NCBI GenBank assembly: GCA_964016885.1
Contig: OZ024740.1
Coordinates: 349,804,001-349,868,000, forward strand
DNA: 64,000 bases
Origin: Eledone cirrhosa
Taxonomy: Eukaryota
Direction of reading: 5' to 3'
The translations under genes and the position numbers were made by a program. Shown in pieces: positions 51,847 through 64,000 of this stretch; the first letter of the stretch is position 1; the number at the start of each line of letters is the position of its first letter. The notes under the pieces are model-generated. The model was not told the origin of the DNA. It ran no database searches and saw only the letters and a list, made by a program, of their open reading frames with translations.

Positions 51847-52227
51847 CTGATATTGTCGGCTCCGTCTTGTCGAGCTAAATGTCATGTAAACCCGGCTGCT
51901 ATTTTTAGTAGCGTATGTTTATGAGAGACGCTAGGTTCTGATGCTATGTGCGTTATTTCTTATTCGCACACTATTCAGTCTTCTGATACACTTAGAAGTG
52001 GAGGGATTACTAATTTTTACACCCACCGAGGAGCAGAAAATTGGTGATTTCCTTTGCTAAATAATTTGCGAAACAGCTCCCATGGTTGTCCGGGTGTTTC
52101 AGGCAGTTGCCAACATAGGTTTGTTCTTTTTCTTGATTTATTACTTTAAATTGAGTCTGGCAAACCGTATTGTTATAGTTAGTATTTTTTTCACCCTAGT
52201 GAACTTGGTCCTTTACAATTCGAACAC

Positions 52228-52334
<107 letters not shown>

Positions 52335-52355
52335 CATATATATATATATATACAT

Positions 52356-52808
52356 ATACGATATATTAACAAATGGAAACTATATTTATAAAACAATATT
52401 TATTTCATTATACATATTTCAAGGACACCAAGTTAAATTATGGTGTGCTTTCATCAGATAAAATATAATATAGATCAGTTTTATAAATAAATATTGACAT
52501 ACCCTTAAAGAATGCGACCATTTCTGTTGGAAGCTCCCGGGAGCTTCCAACAGAAATGGTCGCATTCTTTAAGGGTATGTCAATATTTATTTATAAAACT
52601 GATCTATATTATATTTTATCTGATGAAAGCACACCATAATTTAACTTGGTGTCCTTGAAATATGTATAATGAAATAAATATGGTTTTATAAATATAGTTT
52701 CCATTTGTTAATATATCGTATTTCTACTCCAATAATTTGTTGAGTGCTTTATATCAGTTATAAAAATATTTGCTTGTTGTATCCCAACAATTTAAATAGA
52801 ACTTCTAC
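52356..52808 (+). mobile_element. Family D element with loop-less ~366 bp palindrome
   Basis: Arms 52356-52538 / 52539-52721 centred on CTCCC|GGGAG, one mismatch seen. Unique 3' part 52722-52808. (TA)n on both sides. Confidence 0.85.
52612..52676 (+). ncRNA. Type I hammerhead ribozyme (family D; mirror copy 52401-52465 on minus strand)
   Basis: Stem I UAUUUUAU/AUGAAAUA, CUGAUGA, stem II AAG.ACACCA/UGGUGU.CUU, GAA, quasi-palindromic AUAUGUAU stem III, AUA triplet. Confidence 0.7.
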
Positions 52809-52953
52809 ATATATATATATATATAAAGGAAAAAATTAAAAGATTGTTAAAGAAGTTCCTTTCTTCTTTAATATATACTCCAGTTCTACCAAATGTTGAG
52901 TGCTACTTATCTGATATATGCATAGTTTTATTGTTCTACAATATTACTCACCT

Positions 52954-53033
<80 letters not shown>

Positions 53034-53136
53034 TGTGTATATATACACATATATATATGTGTGTATATATATATGTACATATATATATGTATATATATAT
53101 GTATATATGTATGTGTATATATATATACTATATATG

Positions 53137-53237
<101 letters not shown>

Positions 53238-53554
53238 GTATATATATATGTATAAGTATTACATATTTATATATATATATGCATATTTACATACAGAAAT
53301 CTATTTGCCCACATACATACTCCACACTGTAATACACATAAAAAATAACTAAAATACATACCTATACATTATTCTATATACACCGATATATATTTATATT
53401 CATCACATACGTAAATATTTACATAACATTATGCATTACAAAATACAAACGCCGTTAGGTTTCAATTATTATCGTAAAATTATTTGTCGTACACACACAA
53501 ACACACTCACACACACACACGCGCGCGCGCATACACACACACATATATATGTAT

Positions 53555-53585
<31 letters not shown>

Positions 53586-53680
53586 TTATGAGTATTATGC
53601 AGTTTCTGTATATATATATTTGATTGATTCTTTAATAAATATTTGATAAGTTATATATAAACAAATTTTCCGTTATATTT

Positions 53681-54197
<517 letters not shown>

Positions 54198-54376
54198 ATA
54201 CATATATGTATATATCTATATCTATATCTATAAATATATAAATATATATAAATATGCGTGTATATATATATATATAATCTAGATGTATACATGTATATGT
54301 ATATATATATATATATATATATAGGTATAGATATATATATATAAATACATATGTATGTATATATGCATATATATGC

Positions 54377-54441
<65 letters not shown>

Positions 54442-54448
54442 CATGTGT

Positions 54449-54489
<41 letters not shown>

Positions 54490-55204
54490 TTAAAACTAGA
54501 AAATATATTTAAAAAAAAAAATCATCTAAATGCATAGAAATTAAATATCTGTCGTTCAAACTGAGCCGCGACATTGAACAATGTCGTCGATCTTGTCAGT
54601 GAAGCTCTAGTTTAAAAAATATATCCTGAGAATGTTATTAATAATTTCTAAGTCGTGTAAGGGTTGTGGTTTGGCTGAGTTAAACGATATAATGCATTAC
54701 GGTTGTTCTGGCTTTTCTGAGTTCAAATCCTACCGAGGTCAACTTTGCTTTACATACTTGATAAAACAATGGACTGGTCTAATACTTTGATCTTGTATCA
54801 AGTTTGCTGGTATTGTGCCTAAACTAGAGATCAATGATTGTATACAAAACCTTATATACACTGTTACTGCAGAATACCATACAGGAAAGACCTGAAAATG
54901 TATACTGTCATATGAACCGTTTACTTACAGGATTGCTTGAGTCCTTGAACTAGAACTTGCCAATAAAGAACTTGATAATGTGCACGAAATAGCCTGCAAA
55001 ATAAATAAGGATTTTGCAATTATACTGAGAACTATTTTATTGTGAAACAAATAAGCGAGAGTTCTCAATAAGATTGAAAGTGATCAAAATTAAGTTTATT
55101 AATTTGTTAAAACGGGGACCTATTAAAAGCAACTCGTAGTTACATACAAGAAATAAAATATACACATGTGTTTTCCTCCTGTACAATATATATATATATA
55201 TATA

Positions 55205-55375
55205 TATTTTCCTGTTTCTTCCTTTTCCCTTCCTTGTCTATCTTTCCATTTTTTCTTCTACTTTCGGGCGAAGAACTAAAGTTTGAAACTTTAGGGCTCT
55301 TTTCATAATATATCAAGCGTTAAACTAATATATCATCATTGTACTATATCGTCCTCCTTGTTTTTTTCTTTTTAC
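55205..55375 (+). mobile_element. Family C divergent copy with decayed hammerhead
   Basis: GCGAAGA-ACTAAAGTTT-GAAACTTTA, then TATCAAGCGTTAAACTAATATATC (compare the reverse complement of 15538-15562). Confidence 0.55.
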
Positions 55376-55425
55376 CCGTTGACTTTTTGTATATACACAC
55401 ACATCCACACACACACGCACGCACG

Positions 55426-55501
<76 letters not shown>

Positions 55502-55522
55502 AATTAGATAATTATATCTATC

Positions 55523-55639
<117 letters not shown>

Positions 55640-55819
55640 GAATATATACGTCTTGACGCCGTGCAATAGTGATTCCCTGAAAGCTCGCCTAATTTCAATA
55701 TATATTTATAAATTTATTTATGACTCCCGTGGTACAGTTGCAAGAAGACAAAGAAATATATATATATATATTTCTTTGTCTTATACATAATTGTATATAG
55801 TAATTCAAAAATAACTTAT

Positions 55820-56320
55820 GCGATAAAAGAAAAACAAACTTGAAAGCCGCTGGCAGAGATTCTACAACAGTAGCCAAACTTAAAACGCCTGCTAAGGGTC
55901 TTAATGCCATCGGAACATCCAAATTAGTAAGACGGGTGCCGAAAAATTATCGAAAAGAACTCTTGAAATTAATTAACACAATTACTAAGGGGATCGAGGT
56001 TTCAAGGCACACTGTCAAAAGAATTATGCATGAGGACCTTTGATTAAAGTCGTATGTGATGCGGTAAGGCCAATCCCTGTCTGCAAATACGAAAGATAAC
56101 CGTCTGATCCGTGCAAAGCACCTTTTGAGCAAGTTGAAACATCAAGAGCCTGGAATGCTTTAATTTTTTCTGTGTTGAGAAAAACATTGATCAGAACCCA
56201 AAGGTCAACCGAAGGAATCACATGTGTTTATGCAGAGACTCGGAAACTGTGATGGTTATAGGAGTTATGAGAGAGTCGAATGGCTTCTCACTTCTTTCCT
56301 CAAGGGTTACATGATTTCCT
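55820..56320 (+). pseudogene. Tc1/mariner-superfamily transposase remnant (maT/DD37D-like)
   Basis: VSRHTVKRIMHEDL*LKSYVMR*GQSLSANTKDNRLIRAKHLLSKLKH..FFS.EKNIDQNPKVNRRN..VMVIGV. Confidence 0.7.
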
Positions 56321-56624
56321 ACATGTAGCAGAATCGTGCTTTTTATGTGTTATGCACATCTTGGTTGACTATTATAAATTTGTCAAGCCAACGGCTAATT
56401 CATTCAGACATGAAGCGGATAATTTCTAAAATATATATGCTAGCACTAACTCGAGGGCCTGAAGTCTCGTGTATAAGGGTATTAATTTGTTAAGTGTCAT
56501 AATGCATGAGACACACCACCCTTGGGTCTCTTCACAGCTATAATAAAATATTTGCCGTAGTACTCATGTATGAGGTTTTGTTCCTCCCGTCTATACAGCC
56601 AAACACACACGCACACACACACAT

Positions 56625-56820
56625 ATGATCTAGTGGTTGGTGAGATGTTTTCACAACCATAAGACTGTAAGCTCAACTCCCTGAAGCAGTACATTGTGTC
56701 CTTGATAAAAGCATTTTATTTCACATTTCTTCTGTCCACTCAGCTGGAAGGACATGAGTTACGACAACATTGATGTCAACCTGTTTCGGCTTTTGTCTTT
56801 CTCTTGAACAACATCAGCAT
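56625..56820 (+). mobile_element. Degenerate tRNA-head SINE with CORE-like segment
   Basis: TAGTGGTT..., TTGTGTCCTTGATAAAAGCATTTTATTTCACA..GTCCACTCAGCTG. Confidence 0.5.
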
Positions 56821-57469
56821 GTATATTATTAGGTATTATATTAAAAGACACAACAATATTAGAGTAAAATCATTTTTCTTTATTAACGCTTTTTCAAATG
56901 TTCTAATTGTTGATGTTTAGTTGTAACAATAACGTTCCTAAATTTACTAGTCTCGAAACATTCTCGCTCGCCTCTTAACAATAAAGTTGTGTTTATGGTA
57001 CTATTTTCACGTTTTTGCTTTAGACAGCAAGGCATGATACGAATGATGCTTTAGCTGATGAAATCGTCTTCACCAAATTTAAAATTATTTAGTTCTTTAC
57101 TTCGGGTTATTTTTATAGTTTATTTCATCGGTGTACCTGCGTGTTCAGTTTAATTTGTGTTTTATGACTAAAGCAATTTTGCGTGGGTTTTTGTATGCGA
57201 TGACACAATCATATTTAATGCTTCTCTATTTAGATTTGTTATGTGTTTTGTAGTACATTGTGCTATAATGTTTCCAATGAGGTGATAAAAGCTGACCTTG
57301 CACAATTGCACTTCTCAAAGACAACGACACAGGATTGAGATCTTTAGCGTTATGCAGTAATACAGAAGACCCTCTTACAATTACACACGGACTGACGCAT
57401 ACATCTAGAACCTCTTAACCACTATCACCCATCCTCCTTCCATACACCCCCCACATCTGATCACACCAC

Positions 57470-57982
57470 CCTTACACTGTAAAGTTGTGTTAGTGTCACA
57501 ACAAAAAGCATCCAGCCCACACTGTAAAGTGGTCGTGTAGGTGTCACAACAAAAAGCACCAATCCCACATTATAAAGTGGTCGTGTAGATGTCACGACTA
57601 AAGCACCCAGCACACACTGTAAAGTGGTCGTGTAGGTGTAACGACAAAAAGCACCAATCCCACATTATAAAGTGGTCGTGTCGGTGTAACGACAAAAAGC
57701 ACCCAGCCTACACCGTAAAGTGGTCGTCTAGGTGTTACGACAAAAATCCCCCAGTCCTCACTGTAAATGTGGTTGGCATTAGGAAGGGCATCCACCCGTA
57801 GAAAGCAAGTCAGAAAGTGCTCTGTATGAGCAAGACATGGTCACCTGACTCGACTTGTCTCAAACGAGACAATCCAACTGACCCATGCTAGCGTGGAAAA
57901 TAGACGTTTGACGATGACGATGATAAAGATGATAATGACGATGATGATGTTGATGATGTTGTTGATGATGATGATGATGATG
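57470..57982 (+). mobile_element. RTE-related SINE 3' part with (GAT)n tail, preceded by ~7 tandem 48-bp units derived from it
   Basis: Unit CACACTGTAAAGTGGTCGTGTAGGTGT.ACGACAAAAAGCACC.A.CC runs into CACTGTAAATGTGGTTGGCATTAGGAAGGGCATCC..GTAGAAA..GACCCATGCTAGCGTGGAAAA.AGACGT followed by (GAT)n. Confidence 0.65.
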
Positions 57983-58211
57983 TAAATACAAAATCAATGT
58001 AGGAAGCAGTGTCACACGTGTGTGTCCCTTGCAACCTTTCCAATAATGGAGATTACAACTTTCATTACAGTGAAATTTATAAGTAATGAAAGGATGCTAC
58101 AATTCTAAGTGAATCAACATTTCCCAATGAGCATATTTTAGAGTAATCATTTCCATTGATAGGTCAAGAAGGGAAGAGTAGTGCTAATGGCTCTGAGTAT
58201 AGTGGGTGAAA

Positions 58212-58640
58212 GGAGGAAGGCATGCTTAAACTGGAAACCTTGTGGACTCCGCTAAAGTTACCTGAGAGTTAAATGGTGGCATTTAACAGAGCTATGAAGG
58301 GAGGAAAGCATGCTTAAACTGGAAACTTTGTGGACTCCGCTAAAGTTAACTGAGAGTTAAATGGTCGCATTTAACAGAGCTATGAAGGGAGGAAAGCATG
58401 TTTAAACTGGAAACTTTGTGGACTCCGCTAAAGTTAACTGAGAGTTAAATGGTGGCATTTAACAGAGCTATGAAGGGAGGAAAGCATGCTTAAACTGGAA
58501 ACTTTGTGGACTCCGCTAAAGTTAACTGAGAGTTAAATGGTGGCATTTAACAGAGCTATGAAGGGAGGAAAGCATGCTTAAACTGGAAACCTTGTGGACT
58601 CCGCTAAAGTTAACTGCGAGTTAAATGGTGGCGTTGAACA
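58212..58640. repeat. 88-bp tandem repeat, ~4.8 near-identical copies
   Basis: CATG at 58221, 58309, 58397, 58485 and 58573; internal hairpin GTTAAATG-GTGG-CATTTAAC. Confidence 0.95.
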
Positions 58641-58859
58641 GATTTTCATATTGTTTCTGTCATCCAAGTAAGCCACAGCGGAATATGAATTCAGCAAGTA
58701 GATAGCCATAATACACACCACACGGCATTTCGTCTGATGCTCTAGCGTATCTGTCAATTCGTTATCTACGAACATCGAAAGATTGTCACTCCGTGTGACT
58801 ATATTTATTTCGAGTAAGGCTGAATAAGGTTGCAAGTGCATTACACACACACACACACT

Positions 58860-58970
<111 letters not shown>

Positions 58971-59038
58971 GTATATGTATATATATATGTATAAATATAA
59001 ATATATATATACATATACACACACACACACACACACAC

Positions 59039-59103
<65 letters not shown>

Positions 59104-59105
59104 AG

Positions 59106-59149
<44 letters not shown>

Positions 59150-59164
59150 CACACACACACACAC

Positions 59165-59242
<78 letters not shown>

Positions 59243-59247
59243 ATATA

Positions 59248-59283
<36 letters not shown>

Positions 59284-59754
59284 CATACATGGGTGCAGGC
59301 ACGCATGCATACACGCATGTAAGTATTTGTACGTATCTGCATGAATAATTCATACTCTACCATACCCCTCTCGAGATATATAAAGAAGTCACGTTATTAT
59401 ACTCACTCCATCCCCCCCCCACTCACCCTCCACCACCACCACCAGTAGTAGTAGCAGCAGCACCACTACCACCAGTAACACCAGCAGCAGCACTAGCACT
59501 ACTATTACTTTCCTCTCTTCTCGTCCTCTCTCGGGATGGACGGGCTGGAGGGTGGAATGTTAAGAACTGACATGGGTGTCAGGGTGGATCGTTGATGACT
59601 GATGAAAGACACTGGATTATCTGCACTAATGCACCTGAATCCCTTTGCCACCATTACACTTCCCTTTCATGCTTATATGACCATCCTTTGAACCCCCTAT
59701 TCCTACCCTCCACACCTTCACTCAGCTCAGTCACTTACAAATATGGCCTCCTCT

Positions 59755-61350
59755 CTTCACATACAAACACATGCATACACACACACACACACATACGCAG
59801 ACACCCACAGACACATACACACGAACACACATACACATATACAGACATACACACTGACACACGCACACACTCGCATACACACACATACACATAAAACACA
59901 CAAACAAACATGCACATACACATACAAAGATATACTCACACAGACGCATACACTCAGACACATGCACAGGCATACACACACACACACACACACACATACA
60001 GGCATACACACACACACACAAGCATATACACACATACACACACAGACGCATGCACTCAGACACATATACACATACACACACTCTGACGCACACACACACA
60101 CGCACACACACGCACACACACGCACACACACGCACAGACACATACACTCACAGATGCATACACGCTGACACACATACACATACACAGGCATATACACACT
60201 GATGCATACACGCAGACACACATACACAAACACAGACATACACACACACACATCGACGCATACACACACACATGCACGCATACACACGAACACGCGCGCA
60301 TATAGATATACAAAGCCACATATACATATTCATGCGCCCAGTGCGTGCGTATGTTTGCAAGCGTATGCGTGCGTATATGTGTCAGTGTGTTAATGGCTAC
60401 CAATGTCTGTGTGCGTGTGATGTGTGTGTGGTGTGTGGTATTGTGTGTGGTGTGATGTGTGTGTGTGGTGTGTGGTGTGATGTGTGTTTGTGTGGTATGT
60501 GTGTGGTGTGTGTGTTTTTGTGTGTGTGTGGTGTGTGGTGTGTGGTGTGTGGTGTGTGGTGTGTGTGTGTTTGTGTGGTATGAGTGTGTGTGTGTGGTGT
60601 GTGTGTGGTGTGTGGTGTGGTTTGTGGTGTAGTGTGATGCGTGTGGTGTGGTGTGATGTGTGTGTGTGGTGTGTGATGTGTGGTGTGTGGTGTGGTGTGA
60701 TGTGTGTGATGTGGTGTGATGTGTGGTGTGTGTGGTGTGATGTGTGTGGTGTGGTGTGATGTGTGGTGTGTGTGGTGTGATGTGTGTGGTGTGTGTGGTG
60801 TGTGATGTGTGGTGTGTGTGGTGTGTGATGTGTGGTGTGTGTGGTGTGTGGTGTGTGGTATGTGGTGTGTGGTGTGTGGTGTGGTGTGATGTGTGTGGTG
60901 TGATGTGTGGTGTGTGTGGTGTGATGTGTGTGGTGTGATGTGTGGTGTGATGTGTGTGGTGTGTGTGGTGTGTGTGGTGTGATGTGTGTGGTGTGTGTGG
61001 TGTGATGTGTGTGGTGTGTGTGGTGTGTGATGTGTGGTGTGTGGTGTGTGGTGTGTGTGTGTTTGCGTGGTATGTGTGTGGTGTGTGTGTGGTGTGTGTG
61101 ATTGTGTGGTATGTGTGTGAGTGTGTGGTGTGCGTGTGTGTGGTGTGTGTGTGTTTGTGTGTGTGGTGTGTGTGTGTGGGTGTGTGGTATGTATGTGTGT
61201 GGGGTGTGTGTGGTGTGTATGTGTTATGTATGTGTGGTGTGGTGTGTGTGTGTGGTATGTGTGTGTGTGTTATGTGTGGTGTGTGTAGTGTGTGTGTGTG
61301 TGTTTGTGTGCGTGTGTGTGTTATGTGTGGTGTGTGTGTGTGTGTTTAGG
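59755..61350. repeat. Degenerate CA-rich tract (59755-60330) followed by degenerate GT/GTGTG-rich tract (60410-61350)
   Basis: Direct inspection. Confidence 0.9.
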
Positions 61351-61696
61351 CATGATGTGTGGCCCACAGAAGCCGTCTTCCTGTACATACTCTATCCATT
61401 CCATACAAAAATAGGGTTATAGTATAGAAACTTGCTTATTTGTCTAGTATGTAAATGTTCGACTAGAAATGCAAAAAGGAAAATAACGCACCTCTACCAC
61501 ACACACACATACACACGCACATAGACACACACAAAGACTCTCACACATACTCACGAACACACGCACGTCAGCACGTAATTTCACTTGCACAAATATACAC
61601 ATACACACACAAACACATACACACACACATATATGCACACACACACATACACACACACACACACATACACGCACACGCACACACAGACACACACAC

Positions 61697-61754
<58 letters not shown>

Positions 61755-61842
61755 ATAATAGTAATAATAATAAATTTGAAGACTAAAATCCAAAGAGGGC
61801 TCAATAAGGATAAATATATATCAAATATATAAGAACTGTAGA

Positions 61843-61878
<36 letters not shown>

Positions 61879-62065
61879 GCAAATGTGTCTGTATGTGTGT
61901 ATATATACATATACACACATACAGACACATTTGCAGACACTTAGAACAACAGCACACACGTGAGCAGGTAAATATAGGCTTACCTACGAACACACATGCA
62001 CGGATATACATATATAAATATACACTCACTCATACACACTCATACACACACACATACACACACAT

Positions 62066-62172
62066 AGTTAGTAAGGTACTCAATACATTAGTAGAGTGTA
62101 AGCATCTTGTTTAATATAGAACTGACTTCTACAGGACTGGAACTGTTTCATCCAGAAGAAATCATAAGGTTT
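62066..62172 (-). mobile_element. Family B copy with mutated hammerhead (CUUAUGA; stem I lost)
   Basis: GTAAGGTACTCAATACA...TTCTACAGGACTGGAACTGTTTCATCCAGAAGAAATCATAAG. Confidence 0.68.
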
Positions 62173-62239
62173 AAAAATTCCCTAGACATGCCATTTGACG
62201 GTGCCTCTACGATTCCGCAAGGAGTTATGGAATCTTTAT

Positions 62240-62280
<41 letters not shown>

Positions 62281-62284
<4 letters not shown>

Positions 62285-62360
62285 AACAAGTATGACCCCG
62301 ACGTATTGCGTACTTTGGTGCGTTATGGTCCATCTGGTTCCTTACCACATTTCTTTCGTT
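62281..62360 (+). mobile_element. Family A copy with collapsed palindrome
   Basis: 23-nt inverted-arm stub TAGGAACAAGTATGACCCCGACG fused to the sense 3' end TATTGCGTACTTTGGTGCG...TTCGTT. (TA)n on both sides. Confidence 0.72.
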
Positions 62361-62575
62361 ATATATATATATTAAGGACAAAATGAAAACACACACACAC
62401 ATAGAACAAACAACCAACCAGTAACATGTAAATAAACAAATAAATAAATGAACATAAACACACACAGACACCCGGATGTGGCGCATGCGCAGACTGAGCA
62501 CACAACACACACACAGAAACAAAATGGCGTAGGACAGAACAAAGGAGAGGCACAGAAACAAAGAAAGGAATCCCC

Positions 62576-62620
62576 AGTCACTGAAGAGGTTACAGAGTGT
62601 GTGACGACAGAACTATGACT
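62576..62620 (+). ncRNA. Hammerhead-like motif with core mutation (GAAA>GACA)
   Basis: AGUCA-CUGAAGA-G-GUUACA(GAGUG)UGUGAC-GAC-AG(AA)CU-A-UGACU. Confidence 0.55.
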
Positions 62621-63564
62621 ATATATAAACAACTATCTGGTTGTGGAACCAACCAACCAACCAGAAATTTATAAATTTATAAATTTATAAATTTATTATA
62701 AATTTATTATAATAAATTGAAGTGAAAGCAACTGGTGCGTGTGTTTCTTATTGGCAACATGACCCTCCCAAAGTATAACAATATCGGTTTCAACACACGA
62801 TTTCAGATAAAGAATCTTGCTAAACAAATTCAGAAACGAAATATATATATATGAATGTATGTATAGTATATTTGGCAATATACCGTATGTTTAATTTAAA
62901 ACATTTTGAAGACCATATGCTATCCCGTTCCGCGAAAGCATATACAGATTCACTTTTATAAACACATCTAGTCCTCTATAATATGATATCAGGTGAGGCG
63001 TATTGATGATCTTCTTAAATCCATAACTCTAGTTGGAGTCGTACAGTTACCGTCGTGATATACGGTGAGTCTTTGGCATTTTAAACCTGGTCTGAACACA
63101 GCCTATATCTTCCAATATCTTAGAGCGGACTTGAGAAAGTAATATAGAAGAAGAAACGACCACAGTACTGGGCTGGTACTTTTTTTATCGACTTCAAAAG
63201 GAAGAAAAGTAAAGTCGAGCCAAACCGAATACCGCAAATCATTCTATCCGACGGTCTCATGACTTAAGCACTGATGTAAAAGCCATCAAAAAGGTTTAGA
63301 ATTCGTATCACTCTGGGACAGTGAATTTGAAGATGGAGTGCAAGCCCTATTGGTGTAGAATGGTAATATTTGGTGAGGCCTATGACTTCAGAAAGGGACA
63401 TATACACTCTTCTATATATTATAGTGTGTGTATGTGGGGGGTCAGATTTTCTTTTTAGAAAATCAATGTGTGGCATTGGACGAAAAGTTTGAGAAACACT
63501 AATCTGAAATGATTCTGCGTCTTTCTATATTTATATATACACTCAATAGTTAAGGTGAAACAAT

Positions 63565-64000
63565 GTCTGTACCCCTAACCCTGCAGGTCCCTGGGAATCC
63601 TGGAAGATAGGGCTAAGTTCAAAATTTGAAGAGGTTGCAATGTAAAATGAAGAAATACTCACAAAGAGAATGATATAAATAAACTTTGATATTTTTAAAA
63701 TGTTTCAAAATCTACTGTAACAGTCTATTTTACATTTTTTTTTTACACTGTGGTCTACGTCTGAAACTGTCTACCATTGAAACTCCAATTTAGTACACAC
63801 TATCAACAAAGTATCAACCATTTAAAACATTTTTATCCTGACAGTTATTTAACTAAGATTTATATATTTATATATTTCAAGTAAGAAACCAAGAAATTGA
63901 TTTTGTTTTTACTAAACATTCGGCCTTTTAAGGGGTCAGATTATTCAAAGCCTGGGTTCCATTGAAAAAATCATTTGAACGAAATAGTTGAAAACCACTG
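63565..64000. mobile_element. Possible hAT-type non-autonomous element (right end at window edge)
   Basis: Ends GTTGAAAACCACTG (reverse complement CAGTGGTTTTCAAC, a typical hAT terminus). Left end is unclear. Confidence 0.3.

Noticed and set aside
57470-58640. CRISPR-like arrays
   Set aside because: Contiguous tandem units without unique spacers, no cas genes, eukaryotic context.

Overview
AT-rich eukaryotic DNA saturated with microsatellites ((TA)n, (CA)n, (TAA)n, (ATGT)n). The SINE families and repeat density suggest a cephalopod (Octopus-like) genome; that is an inference. No intact host protein-coding gene is recognisable, and almost all ORF-track entries are microsatellite artefacts. 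The window is a transposon graveyard: a near-full-length Tx1/L1-clade LINE (4459-~9900, minus strand; ORF2 broken by one in-frame stop), three 5'-truncated R4/Dong-like LINEs stacked in (TAA)n, RTE LINEs (one with C2H2 fingers in (ATGT)n), CR1-type fragments, two non-autonomous Helitrons, Tc1/mariner and hAT MITEs, many tRNA-derived SINEs, Penelope-like (GIY-YIG) remnants and an ~8 kb G/T-rich minisatellite block. The most striking unannotated signal is a set of at least 6 distinct short element families inserted in (TA)n. They carry type I hammerhead ribozyme folds, one pair with compensatory changes in stem I. They also repeatedly occur as fold-back palindromes whose apex often lies inside the ribozyme's stem II. 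These look like Penelope-like pLTR/3' ends with a stereotyped insertion structure.
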